Source of the DNA: Firmicutes bacterium CAG:582
GTDB taxonomy: Bacteria; Bacillota_I; Bacilli_A; RF39; UBA660
Assembly (NCBI GenBank): GCA_000435515.1
Contig: FR884182.1
Span: 8,123-72,122, forward strand
Reading direction: 5' to 3'
DNA: 64,000 nt
Shown in pieces: positions 44,516 through 53,958 of this stretch. The notes below the pieces were generated by a model. It ran no database searches, had not been told where the DNA came from, and saw nothing but the letters and a program-made list of their open reading frames with translations. Both the position numbers and the translations under genes were made by a program. Numbering within the stretch: position 1 is the first letter of the stretch; each line of letters begins with the position of its first letter.

Positions 44516-45226
44516 TTGCGTCTTTATTTTCAACAAATGTTGATTTTTTTCTTGAGGTTCAAGCATCTTTTCTTTTTCTTTTTGAAGCTCATTGAAAATC
44601 AATATGACATCATCATAAATCGAAAAGTTAGAATTGCTTTTAGAAATTGCGATTACTTTTTTATGATGTTTAATGTCTTTAATTTTTTCCCAAAAACCTT
44701 TTTGGTAAACAGCCTTTGGGAACATTCTTTCATAGGCAAAATATTCTTTGTTATCAATGCATGTATTGATAGATGTTAACATGCCACAATAAAGTTCTTT
44801 ATCTTCAACATCAGTTCTATTTAATTTTTTAAAATAATATGTAAACGATTCCTCTTTCTTATCGATTTTAAAAATTTCTTCATTGTCACCATCATTAATA
44901 AAAATGTTTATAGGGTTATCGTTTGCTTCAAAGCATATAGTGTATTTATCATAGCTGATTTTCAAGAAACATCTATCTTCCTCATAAGACGTTTTTGCAA
45001 TTAGAGTTTTTTCATCTCCACTAAAATCTACACTCATAGATTTAGGTGATAAAACTAGTTCATAATTTTCTTCTGAAAAATATGACGGTTGAAGCACATT
45101 CTTCAAAAAATACATTATAAAATTTAAATGAATATATTCATTTTCAACGTTTTCTTCATTAAATCCAATTTTATTTAATCTTCTAAATATTGCTGTACAT
45201 AAATTTTCTTCGTGTTTTATTTCCAT
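44504..45226 (-). CDS. Hypothetical protein
   Basis: 240-aa ORF. No motif recognised. Confidence 0.4.
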   Translation of the reverse strand: MEIKHEENLCTAIFRRLNKIGFNEENVENEYIHLNFIMYFLKNVLQPSYFSEENYELVLSPKSMSVDFSGDEKTLIAKTSYEEDRCFLKISYDKYTICFEANDNPINIFINDGDNEEIFKIDKKEESFTYYFKKLNRTDVEDKELYCGMLTSINTCIDNKEYFAYERMFPKAVYQKGFWEKIKDIKHHKKVIAISKSNSNFSIYDDVILIFNELQKEKEKMLEPQEKNQHLLKIKTQGNL

Positions 45227-45289
45227 AAATTATGTCCTTTCTTTTTATACAATATATTATATTAGTGCAATAACTAAAAAAGAAGTGAT

Positions 45290-45685
45290 TTACACTTCAT
45301 TAACTATTTTATCAAGTACCGCATTAATCATTTTTCTTACTGAATCATCACTATATCTTTTAGCAAGTTCAATAGCTTCATTAATAACTACTAAATCAGG
45401 AGTGTCTGTATACTTTAGTTCATAAATACTCATTCTTAAAATTGCTTTTCCCTCTGAATCCAATCTGTCAATTGTCCAGTTACTCAAATATTTATTTGCT
45501 AATTCATCGATTGTATCCATATATGTTACTACGCCATATACGATATCCTTTACAAATTCATTATCAATTTCGACATTTTCTTTTATTGTTGAATCGACAT
45601 CAAACTCAATATTGTTTCTTTTATATAAATCTATTTGGTATAAAATAGTCATTATTTTTTCTCTTAATTCACTACGAGTAGACAT
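45290..45685 (-). CDS. nusB: Transcription antitermination factor NusB
   Basis: 131 aa. SELREKIMTILYQIDL, ILRMSIYELKYTDTP, VVINEAIELAKRYS, MINAVLDKI. Confidence 0.85.
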   Translation of the reverse strand: MSTRSELREKIMTILYQIDLYKRNNIEFDVDSTIKENVEIDNEFVKDIVYGVVTYMDTIDELANKYLSNWTIDRLDSEGKAILRMSIYELKYTDTPDLVVINEAIELAKRYSDDSVRKMINAVLDKIVNEV

Positions 45686-45738
45686 AATATAACCTCTTTC
45701 ATAAGGATAATTTTAGCACAATACCAATATTTAGTAAA

Positions 45739-46398
45739 CTACATTTTTATGAGTTTTATAATATCTTCATGTATTTCTTCAATTGGACGCATTTGGTTTC
45801 CGTTAGAACATTCAACTTTCTTCCAATCTAGCAATTCACATGCATATTGAGCAGTATTGTAAACTGTTTTTAAATATTCTTTGTTACTTTCGTGAATATC
45901 TTTTTGAATACCATCATTTACTTTACGAGCGTTTCTAAGTTGTTCTATAACTTCATATGGAGCAGTTAAAAATATGACTATATCCGGCTTTTTTATTCCT
46001 AAGCGATTGTATTCAAAATCCATAACATATTCAATAAAATCTTTCTTTGCGTATTCTGGAAGTGATGCAGCTTGATATATAACACTTGATGTTGTGTATC
46101 TATCAAGTAAAACAGTTCTTCCTTCATTTAAAGCAGGCATTATTTTATCTTTAGATACAATTGCACGATCTATAGCATATAAAGAATTTATAAAGTATGG
46201 ACTTAATTCTTCCAAATTTCCAAATTCTCCTGCTAAATATTTTTCAACTAAAAAGCCGCTTATTTCATGATATGTTGGAAAATGATGAGTGATAACTTCT
46301 CCATATTGTTCCAAATATTCTCTTAAAAGTTCTACTTGGGTTGTTTTTCCAACACCATCACAAGCACCTTCTACCACTATTAACTTACCTTTTTCCAT
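45739..46398 (-). CDS. tmk: Thymidylate kinase family protein
   Basis: LIVVEGACDGVGKTTQVELL (P-loop) and LLDRYTTSSVIYQ (DRY motif). 219 aa. Confidence 0.7.
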   Translation of the reverse strand: MEKGKLIVVEGACDGVGKTTQVELLREYLEQYGEVITHHFPTYHEISGFLVEKYLAGEFGNLEELSPYFINSLYAIDRAIVSKDKIMPALNEGRTVLLDRYTTSSVIYQAASLPEYAKKDFIEYVMDFEYNRLGIKKPDIVIFLTAPYEVIEQLRNARKVNDGIQKDIHESNKEYLKTVYNTAQYACELLDWKKVECSNGNQMRPIEEIHEDIIKLIKM

Positions 46399-46452
46399 GT
46401 TTTTACCTCCTAATGTTATTTTAACAAAAAAAGCTATAGTTTTAAACTATAA

Positions 46453-47175
46453 CTATTTATATTTGGGACTAAAGGTAACAGTTTTATCAACTATTGCTCT
46501 TATCGATGTTGCATCAAAAGGTTTTTGAATCATATCTATTACTCCTTGGTATGACATTGCACGTTTAATACCCTCTTCAGTGTCTTCTCCACTTATTATG
46601 GATACAGGAACTATCTTAAATAAATCATGTTCTTTGAAGTAATCAAGTACTTCAAAGCCATTCATAACTGGCATTTGTAAATCTAAAAATAAACCAACAA
46701 GTGAATCATTCATATATTGATTAACTATGTCAATAACTTCTTTTCCATTGTGAGCTACTATTACTTCAAATTCATTTCTAAATATCTTGCTAAAGAAATT
46801 AGTTATAACCGGTGAATCATCAGCTATTATTATCTTGTTTCTTAAAACATTTCCATCAATTTTCATAGTTATATCAACCACAAAGATAATTTTATATTCT
46901 TCCACAGTTATAAGAGTTACTAATTTTTCTTTATTATCATTAGTAACTAATACTTTTTTAAATTCATTTTCATTTAAAAAAGTAGGACTAAATTCTTTAT
47001 ATGTGCGCATAACGTCGTTTATTTTATCATAATCAAGTGGAGATGAAATTCTAAGTTCTTCTCCAGTATACTTTATATCATAAAATTTATTATCATTTTT
47101 ATTAATGACGTAAATTGATTCATATAAAGAAGCAATCATATTAGGAATGTTTTCAACAATAGCTCTTATATCCAT
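46453..47175 (-). CDS. Response-regulator receiver protein with unknown N-terminal domain (REC at C-terminus, no DNA-binding domain)
   Basis: IIIADDSPVITNFF, LFLDLQMPVMNGFEVL (phospho-Asp), VSIISGED, IQKPF. Confidence 0.7.
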   Translation of the reverse strand: MDIRAIVENIPNMIASLYESIYVINKNDNKFYDIKYTGEELRISSPLDYDKINDVMRTYKEFSPTFLNENEFKKVLVTNDNKEKLVTLITVEEYKIIFVVDITMKIDGNVLRNKIIIADDSPVITNFFSKIFRNEFEVIVAHNGKEVIDIVNQYMNDSLVGLFLDLQMPVMNGFEVLDYFKEHDLFKIVPVSIISGEDTEEGIKRAMSYQGVIDMIQKPFDATSIRAIVDKTVTFSPKYK

Positions 47176-47177
47176 AA

Positions 47178-47534
47178 TTACACTCCTAAATATGTTTTAA
47201 CTAAATTAATTATTCTATTAGCTTCGATGATTAACGGATTAATGTTTGTTTTAACAAACTCAATGTTTCCATTCTTGCTAGCCATCTCATGTTCATAAGA
47301 CATCTCTGCAAGTTTAGTAAATCCTAAATATTTAGAATCGCTTTTCATTGCATGAACCAAAATTGCATAGTTTTCCATATCATTATTATTAAAACTTGAA
47401 ATTATGTTTGGAATGCGCGTTTTGCTCTCCTCTAAAAAATCTTTTAACGTGTCATTAAACATTTCCATATCTCCAAGTAATTCTAATGCGTGATTAACAT
47501 CTACGCCATTCTCAATTAGTAATTGTGTATTCAT
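47178..47534 (-). CDS. Hpt (histidine phosphotransfer) domain protein
   Basis: 118 aa. VHAMKSDSKYLGFTKLAEM matches the H..K(G/S).s..lG Hpt motif. 2 nt upstream of the REC gene. Confidence 0.7.
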   Translation of the reverse strand: MNTQLLIENGVDVNHALELLGDMEMFNDTLKDFLEESKTRIPNIISSFNNNDMENYAILVHAMKSDSKYLGFTKLAEMSYEHEMASKNGNIEFVKTNINPLIIEANRIINLVKTYLGV

Positions 47535-47616
47535 ATCATACCCTCTATTCTAGGTATATTATAACAAATATTTTGTCGATTGTTTACACTTTTAATAGCA
47601 CTTTACATTTTCTTTA

Positions 47617-48342
47617 TTAACTATTTTTTACACGATCAATAAAATAATTGAACACCTCTGTTTTAATAAGTTCTGGATGAAAGTGAACTCCAAAAATAAA
47701 TTTATTTGGATCAACACATTCAATGATTTCACATACACCATCGCTTGCTTTTGCACTTACCTTAAAGTGACTTCCAACAGCATGAAAATCATAGTTATGC
47801 ATACTTGGAACTAAAATTTTATCAGGAAATATTTTGCTAGCGATCGTATTTGAAACAATAGTTATTTCATGTTTGGTTGCTTCAATATTCCCGTCAATTA
47901 TATAATTATTATGAATGTTTCCTGGATCTAATCTTCTTAAAGTGGAGCCGTACTTTTCTTTAATTGTTTTGTAGTAAGTTTCTACTTTTTCACTAGTTAC
48001 TTCTCCTCCATTTTTTTCAATAGAGTCAAGTAGCAAACTAAAAACATCTATAGATTCAGCTCCCATACAAATACCTAAAACCGGTTTATTGTTTTCGTAA
48101 GCATAATAAAGTATTTCGTATACAAAATCATTTATCTTATTTCCACCAGTAATTAAAAATCCATCATATAGATCTAAAACTTTATAATCAAGTTTATTTC
48201 CATTAAACATCATTCCAACTGGAACTCCACCGGCTTCGAGTAACTTTCTTGCAAATATACAATTATATTTATAATATTCTGAATATGGATTTTCGTTCTC
48301 GCAATAGTACGAAGGTAAAATCCCGATTATACATTTATTCAT
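47617..48342 (-). CDS. Class I glutamine amidotransferase-like / peptidase C26 (gamma-glutamyl hydrolase family)
   Basis: PVLGICMGAE (Cys nucleophile) and GVHFHPE (His). The preferred start is ATG at 48342 after AGAGGTG. Confidence 0.75.
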   Translation of the reverse strand: MNKCIIGILPSYYCENENPYSEYYKYNCIFARKLLEAGGVPVGMMFNGNKLDYKVLDLYDGFLITGGNKINDFVYEILYYAYENNKPVLGICMGAESIDVFSLLLDSIEKNGGEVTSEKVETYYKTIKEKYGSTLRRLDPGNIHNNYIIDGNIEATKHEITIVSNTIASKIFPDKILVPSMHNYDFHAVGSHFKVSAKASDGVCEIIECVDPNKFIFGVHFHPELIKTEVFNYFIDRVKNS

Positions 48343-48379
48343 GACTACACCTCTTGTAGTAATTATATCATTAAATGTA

Positions 48380-49348
48380 TTATTTTTCTCCTTCATTCAA
48401 CATTGTTGTAATAAATATTCCATATCCTGATTTTACATTTTCAACTACAACATGCGTAACAGCTCCAAAGATTTTCCCATTTTGAAGTATTGGTGACCCA
48501 CTCATTCCTTGAATTACTCCACCAGTTTTACTTAGAAGTTCATCATCGATGATTTCAAAATAAATATTTTTAGTATCACTTTTTTTATCAATTTTAGTTA
48601 TTTTTATTTTATATTCTTTAATTTCTTTATTATCAAGTACAGTTCTTATTGTTGCTTCACCCAATTTTAAATCTTCTTTTTCTCCAACTTCTACTAAAGA
48701 AACATTCTTTTCATTGTTGTACTTTCCATATATTCCTTTATTAGTATTTTTCTCAATCGTTCCATACTTATTATTTTTATTCAATCTTGCATTTTTAGTG
48801 CCTGGATGTCCATTAAAACTCCTATCAATACTAGAAACATTACTTTCAAAAATGAATCCGTCTTCAATATCTACAACATTTTTAGAGTTTGATTCAATTA
48901 TTTCATGGCCTAAAGCACCATATATTTTAGTTTCTGGATCAACATAAGTAAGTGTTCCAATTCCACTTATAGAATCTTTAACAAAAAGTCCTGTTTTATA
49001 CTTATCTTCAGTTTTTATTAATTCATATTCAATATCAAATGTCTTATTTTTTCTTCTTAAGGTTAAAGTTACTTTACCATCTGTTTGATACTTATTTACA
49101 AGGCTTACTAAATTATCAATATCAGAAACTACATTTCCATTTACTTTTTCAATATAATCTCCTACTTTTATTTTATTATTAATCTCTAAATTTTCATAAA
49201 AACCAACAACCATCACCCCTTTAGAAGATATTTCGATACCAATATTATCTCCACCAGCATATATATAATTTGAATAAGCATAAACATTAAATGGTAAAAT
49301 ACTCATTAATGCTAAACCTATTATTAATTTCTTTTTCATTACTACCAC
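48380..49348 (-). CDS. spoIVB: SpoIVB peptidase (S55) with PDZ domain
   Basis: IKVGDYIEKVNG (PDZ), GTLTYVDPETKIYGALGH, IQGMSGSPILQNGKIFGAVTHV (catalytic Ser). Confidence 0.8.
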   Translation of the reverse strand: MVVMKKKLIIGLALMSILPFNVYAYSNYIYAGGDNIGIEISSKGVMVVGFYENLEINNKIKVGDYIEKVNGNVVSDIDNLVSLVNKYQTDGKVTLTLRRKNKTFDIEYELIKTEDKYKTGLFVKDSISGIGTLTYVDPETKIYGALGHEIIESNSKNVVDIEDGFIFESNVSSIDRSFNGHPGTKNARLNKNNKYGTIEKNTNKGIYGKYNNEKNVSLVEVGEKEDLKLGEATIRTVLDNKEIKEYKIKITKIDKKSDTKNIYFEIIDDELLSKTGGVIQGMSGSPILQNGKIFGAVTHVVVENVKSGYGIFITTMLNEGEK

Positions 49349-49389
49349 CTATGATTAGTTTAAGTTTATTTTAAAATTTTATACATCAA

Positions 49390-49418
49390 GAAAAAACAAC
49401 GTAGCTTATATACGTTGC
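49390..49418 (-). terminator. Rho-independent terminator after 49431-50612
   Basis: Minus strand reads CAACGTA-TATAAGC-TACGTTG followed by TTTTTTC. Confidence 0.65.
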
Positions 49419-49430
49419 TTTATAGATTAT

Positions 49431-50612
49431 TTATGCTATACGGAAGGCTGGAGAAACTCCAAAAGAATTGCTAGCATAATTTCCAATGCTACCACCTGAT
49501 CCGTTAACACGATAAAAATCGTTAGTAGTTCTAGAATAGGATGAGCGAAGCCACCAAGACTTTTCAATTCCCTTATATTGCTTTATTGCACTTGTATAAC
49601 TGCTTGTTGTTACCCCTTGATTCTTATAATAATCTAATTGTTTTGATGTGCCTACTGATGTATCATAATTAGTTTCTACCCATACTTCTTCTGTGCTTAA
49701 CAAAAATAATTTATCTTGGGTTTCAAAATTTGTCTCTCCTGATGTAATTCCATGACTTGATATTACTTTTGTTGAACTCACAATATTCTGTAAATCTGTT
49801 GGAAGTTTTTTATATATTGTTTCGTTTATATATGTACGCAATTCTGAATCTCTCCATCCACCTACATTTGTTGCTGTGCTATTAAATTGATGTTCTGATA
49901 TTATATCAGCAAATTCCACTACAAATCCACATGCTGTTTCACTTGTTTCTCCATTTGTACATTCATTCATGTTTGCTATTCTTACTGTGTGTGTTCCTAA
50001 ATCTCCTAAGTCTACTTCTTTTGTATCTCCTACATTATATTTACTTGTATTTCCGTTCTTTACATTTGCTGCTATTGTTGCCCAACTATCTTTTTGAAAT
50101 TGAGTTAGTTCTACACCTATTGTATCTCTTTCTACAGCAGTGAATTCTAACTTACATGTATATTCTTCTGTTACTTCCTCTGTTGCAGTCTTGTTTAATG
50201 TTACTGTTAATGTTCCAGTTACACTTTCTTTTGCTTTTACAATTGTTGCATCATTTGCTAATTCATTTTTGATACTTGTGTGTTTTGCTGTTGTACCAGT
50301 CTTTGGTACACATGTTATAGTTACATTTGCATCATAGTTACTTGAGTTGTTTGTTACTTCATATGTAAGTATACTTGTTTGATTAAGTGTCTTTAATTCT
50401 GATGTTTCAAATGTTATTGTTTTCTTTGTGTCATCCACCGCTGTTGAGTATACGTCCTTCCCATCTATACTTGCAGCTGTAAAGATTACTGAGAAGTCAT
50501 CTTGATTTTCACTTACTTTTGCATTTCCATTTATTATTAATGTTGTTGATACTGCAGCAAATCCAATAGACATCAAAATAATTGCAATTATTATTGCACT
50601 TTTCTTTTTCAT
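49431..50612 (-). CDS. Signal-anchored surface protein with DUF6273-like C-terminal module
   Basis: MKKKSAIIIAIILMSIGFAAVSTTLIINGNAKV leader. C-terminal SWWLRSSYS...GVSPAFRIA (WWLRS / V.PAF pattern). Confidence 0.55.
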   Translation of the reverse strand: MKKKSAIIIAIILMSIGFAAVSTTLIINGNAKVSENQDDFSVIFTAASIDGKDVYSTAVDDTKKTITFETSELKTLNQTSILTYEVTNNSSNYDANVTITCVPKTGTTAKHTSIKNELANDATIVKAKESVTGTLTVTLNKTATEEVTEEYTCKLEFTAVERDTIGVELTQFQKDSWATIAANVKNGNTSKYNVGDTKEVDLGDLGTHTVRIANMNECTNGETSETACGFVVEFADIISEHQFNSTATNVGGWRDSELRTYINETIYKKLPTDLQNIVSSTKVISSHGITSGETNFETQDKLFLLSTEEVWVETNYDTSVGTSKQLDYYKNQGVTTSSYTSAIKQYKGIEKSWWLRSSYSRTTNDFYRVNGSGGSIGNYASNSFGVSPAFRIA

Positions 50613-50723
50613 AAATTACACACACCATTCTTTTTTTGCACACTTATTATACTTAAATTATACAATTTATCTGTTGTATAGTAAATATTCTATTTTTAGT
50701 ATGTGTAAAGTTTTATTTTGCAA

Positions 50724-50748
50724 ACAAAAAGAATGCATCCTGCATTCT
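50724..50748 (-). terminator. Rho-independent terminator after the Cps14G-like gene
   Basis: Minus strand reads AGAATGCA-GGA-TGCATTCT followed by TTTTGTTTG. Confidence 0.6.
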
Positions 50749-51214
50749 AATTATCAATTAATTTCTTTAATTCTGAGATGAAATTATCTGTATTACTTAC
50801 ATATTTTCTTACTTTGAATGTTTTTGCTTCTTTTATTAAATCATCTAAATTAGTGTTATCATCTAACTCTAAAATATATCCTTCTTTTTTAAAAAGAGAA
50901 ACTATTTCTTTTTGATGATTATTTATATGTTCACCATATTTTTCTAATCTAGCCATCGCGATTACTTTTTTACCTTTTTTTAATGGAGTTAAAATACTTC
51001 CTGTTCCTCCATGAGTTATTATTAAATCTGCTTCATCTATAAGTTTATTCATCTCATCATAATTTATAAATTTTAAGATTTTCATTTTTTTGCTTACATA
51101 ATCAGATGAACCTCCGGCTTGAACGATTATTTCATCTTTTATTTTAGATTTTTCAATACAATCTAAAAGTCTATAAAACTTTTGATCTTGAGTCCCAAGT
51201 GTTACTAATATCAT
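50747..51214 (-). CDS. PssE/Cps14G-family glycosyltransferase (Alg13-like, Glyco_tran_28_C)
   Basis: 155 aa. ILVTLGTQDQKF, ITHGGTGS. Confidence 0.75.
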   Translation of the reverse strand: MILVTLGTQDQKFYRLLDCIEKSKIKDEIIVQAGGSSDYVSKKMKILKFINYDEMNKLIDEADLIITHGGTGSILTPLKKGKKVIAMARLEKYGEHINNHQKEIVSLFKKEGYILELDDNTNLDDLIKEAKTFKVRKYVSNTDNFISELKKLIDN

Positions 51215-51684
51215 TAATAAATACCTCCTATATATATAGCTTTAGGATAATATTTTTTCATCGATTCCCATTGAACTATGAAATGAGTTGCAATTGGATA
51301 AACAAGTTTTCCTGATAAAGTTTTTCCTTCTTGTTTAGCAAATGATTCAATATAAATGACTTTTTTTCTAAAAATAAAACCCATATAACATAAAGGAACA
51401 CATGTATTTGCACCTGTAGTTACAATTACATCTGGTCTAAATTTAAAAAATAAAAATACTGAATGAAAGGCATTTAATACATTTATAAAAAAGTATTTTA
51501 AAAAGTTTTTCTTATTACAATATTTGAAAAACACCACGTTATATTTATCTTTTAAATTAAGTGTTACATCTGATTTTTCAGTTACTAATAAATAATTATA
51601 ATCTTTAAATAAAGGTTTTAATTCTAGTAATTGAGTTAAATGTCCACCAATGCTGGAAACAAATAAAACTTTTTTCTTTTTCAT
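51214..51684 (-). CDS. PssD/Cps14F-family glycosyltransferase partner (Alg14-like)
   Basis: 156 aa. VLFVSSIGGHLTQLLEL, VIVTTGANTCVP. Start-stop overlap with the Alg13-like gene. Confidence 0.75.
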   Translation of the reverse strand: MKKKKVLFVSSIGGHLTQLLELKPLFKDYNYLLVTEKSDVTLNLKDKYNVVFFKYCNKKNFLKYFFINVLNAFHSVFLFFKFRPDVIVTTGANTCVPLCYMGFIFRKKVIYIESFAKQEGKTLSGKLVYPIATHFIVQWESMKKYYPKAIYIGGIY

Positions 51685-51762
51685 GAGACACCATCCTTTG
51701 AATAATTATAACAAAAAAATAGATATTAGCATCTACTTTTTTATATGACTTACGTATTGCAA

Positions 51763-52053
51763 TTAATTCTCTTCACTTGGATTGGACAAGTTCAATTTTT
51801 TTGTTTCTTCTTGTTGGTATGGCTTTTTTAATTCTGCTTCGGCTTGTTGATATGATTTATTTACTTCATCATTACTAATAATTTGTCTAGCTACACTTAA
51901 AGCATGTAATTTAACTGCATAAGCAATATATCCCAATTCATCACCACTTAATCCTAAAGCATATTGTAAATTTGGACTTTCTAATATTCTCATTTCATTA
52001 GCTATCATACGCTCTGAATCTGAATCTCTTTCGGAACCACCGTTTTGGTACAT
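51763..52053 (-). CDS. Hypothetical small protein
   Basis: 96 aa, with a strong AAGGAGAGG RBS. Confidence 0.4.
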   Translation of the reverse strand: MYQNGGSERDSDSERMIANEMRILESPNLQYALGLSGDELGYIAYAVKLHALSVARQIISNDEVNKSYQQAEAELKKPYQQEETKKLNLSNPSEEN

Positions 52054-52083
52054 AATTACCTCTCCTTTTGTTTGTTTATTCTA

Positions 52084-52863
52084 CTATTTTTGGCTTGTTA
52101 AGTCAATTTTTGGCTTGTTAAAATATGTTCTTAAATATTGAAAAACAGTTTTTAAACTTCTTTTTAATGTTCTAAGAAATGGAAGTGATATATTATTGTC
52201 CTTTAAAATCCTATATGCATCCTTAAAATTGTTTACATATCCTTTTAAACCATTGCTTACTCCGCCTAAGCGCATTAATACTAAATAATCATTTAAATAA
52301 GTAAAATTAAAATTTTCTTTATTAATTCTTACCATCATATCATAATCAGATGACACTTTATAGTTTAAGTTGTATAAACCAACTTTATCAAATACACTTC
52401 TTTTTATATACATAGTTGGATGTGCTGGACACCATTCATTTTTCTTCCTTTTACCGCTTATATAATCTCTTATTGGATGAGTTAGTGTAGAATCACAATA
52501 GATTAGATTAGCATATAAAACATCAGTTTCATCGGTATAAGAACTATTAATTTTTTCAAAAACATGTTCATCAATCAAAACATCATCGGAATTTATAATA
52601 CCAATAATATCCCCAGTTGCAAGTTTTATTCCTTTATTCATCGCATCATATAAACCTTTATCTTTTTCACTGATAACTTTCATTTTTCCTTTAAATTTAC
52701 TTTCATACTTTTTTACGATATCTAAAGTGTTATCTTTACTTAATCCATCAATTATTAAATATTCATAGTTATCATATTTTTGGGCTAAAACTGATTTTAT
52801 CGTATCTTCAATTGTTGATGCAGAGTTATAACAAACTGTTATAATACTAATTTTCCTTTTCAC
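52084..52863 (-). CDS. Family 2 glycosyltransferase
   Basis: ISIITVCYNSASTIEDTIKSVLAQKYDNYEYLIIDGLSKDNT, NSDD. Confidence 0.8.
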   Translation of the reverse strand: MKRKISIITVCYNSASTIEDTIKSVLAQKYDNYEYLIIDGLSKDNTLDIVKKYESKFKGKMKVISEKDKGLYDAMNKGIKLATGDIIGIINSDDVLIDEHVFEKINSSYTDETDVLYANLIYCDSTLTHPIRDYISGKRKKNEWCPAHPTMYIKRSVFDKVGLYNLNYKVSSDYDMMVRINKENFNFTYLNDYLVLMRLGGVSNGLKGYVNNFKDAYRILKDNNISLPFLRTLKRSLKTVFQYLRTYFNKPKIDLTSQK

Positions 52864-53950
52864 GTTTTTTTACCTCCTCAAATATTTTTAAGTGTTTATC
52901 AACCATGTTTTCAATCGTATACTTAGAACTTATTTCTAAATTGTTTAATCCTTCTTTATAAAGGTCCAAGGCACTTTTTAATGAATATTCATTTATTTTT
53001 TTAGAAAGTGCACGAATATTATCGCATTGGTAAAGTTGACTTTTTTTAAATACTTCTCTAGCTGATGCCGTTTCAAAAGTTGCAATTACTGGTAACCCAC
53101 AGCTCATAGCCTCATTTATTACAAGTCCCCAAATATCCTCTCTTGATGGGAAGAAGAATACATCACTCATCTTATAATATTCAAATACTTTTTCTTTATC
53201 GCAAAAATCAATAAAATGAACATTTTTGATATTGTGTTCTTTTAAAAAGTCTTCGTAGTCTTCTTTTTCTTCTCCACCACCAATGATTATATAACCATTT
53301 CTTTCATTATTGTTAATTAAAAGAGAATTTAAAAACAGATCATAACCCTTTCTTTCAATAAATGAACCAACGCTTACAAATAATCTTTTATAGTTATATC
53401 CAGCAGATTTTCTTAGTTTAAGTTTTTCTTCCATTTTCATTGGAAGTAATAAAACATCACTTTTTTCAATAGATGATAAAGGATAAATATAAATATCTTC
53501 TAAACGAGCATTGTAATTTAAAAGATATTCATTAGTTGTTTTTCCAGTACTTAGATAATATGATGCTGTTGATATAAATTTTGTTTTTAAATATTTAGAG
53601 ATAAACGTTTCCTTTTTAGGAACTACTCCACCATCAGCATTTAAAAAGAATTTAATATTTTTATGTCTAAGTAAAATATTTAGTATTGCTCCATTCATAT
53701 TAGCATATGTTCCGATTATTACAACATCATAATGATTTTCATTAAGAAGTTTATTCAATTGAAATAAAGCAATTTTTTTTAGATTTATAAACTTAAATTC
53801 AAAGTTATTATTTTTAAACCATTCTTTATTACGATAAGATTCTGATCTATCTCCATTAAATAAAACAGTTAAATCAACATATTTACTTAATTGATTAAAA
53901 AATTTTACTCGATAAGGTGCAGGTATATTTGTATAATATAGGACCTTCAT
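52847..53950 (-). CDS. Family 4 (GT1-fold) glycosyltransferase
   Basis: FFPSREDIWGLVINEAMSCGLPVIAT (E-x7-E region). Confidence 0.8.
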   Translation of the reverse strand: MKVLYYTNIPAPYRVKFFNQLSKYVDLTVLFNGDRSESYRNKEWFKNNNFEFKFINLKKIALFQLNKLLNENHYDVVIIGTYANMNGAILNILLRHKNIKFFLNADGGVVPKKETFISKYLKTKFISTASYYLSTGKTTNEYLLNYNARLEDIYIYPLSSIEKSDVLLLPMKMEEKLKLRKSAGYNYKRLFVSVGSFIERKGYDLFLNSLLINNNERNGYIIIGGGEEKEDYEDFLKEHNIKNVHFIDFCDKEKVFEYYKMSDVFFFPSREDIWGLVINEAMSCGLPVIATFETASAREVFKKSQLYQCDNIRALSKKINEYSLKSALDLYKEGLNNLEISSKYTIENMVDKHLKIFEEVKKREKEN

Positions 53951-53958
53951 AAAATCAA

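Noticed and set aside
46453-47175. REC protein downstream of spoIVB as Spo0A
   Set aside because: The REC domain is C-terminal, and there is no Spo0A C-terminal DNA-binding domain. Only the synteny is suggestive.
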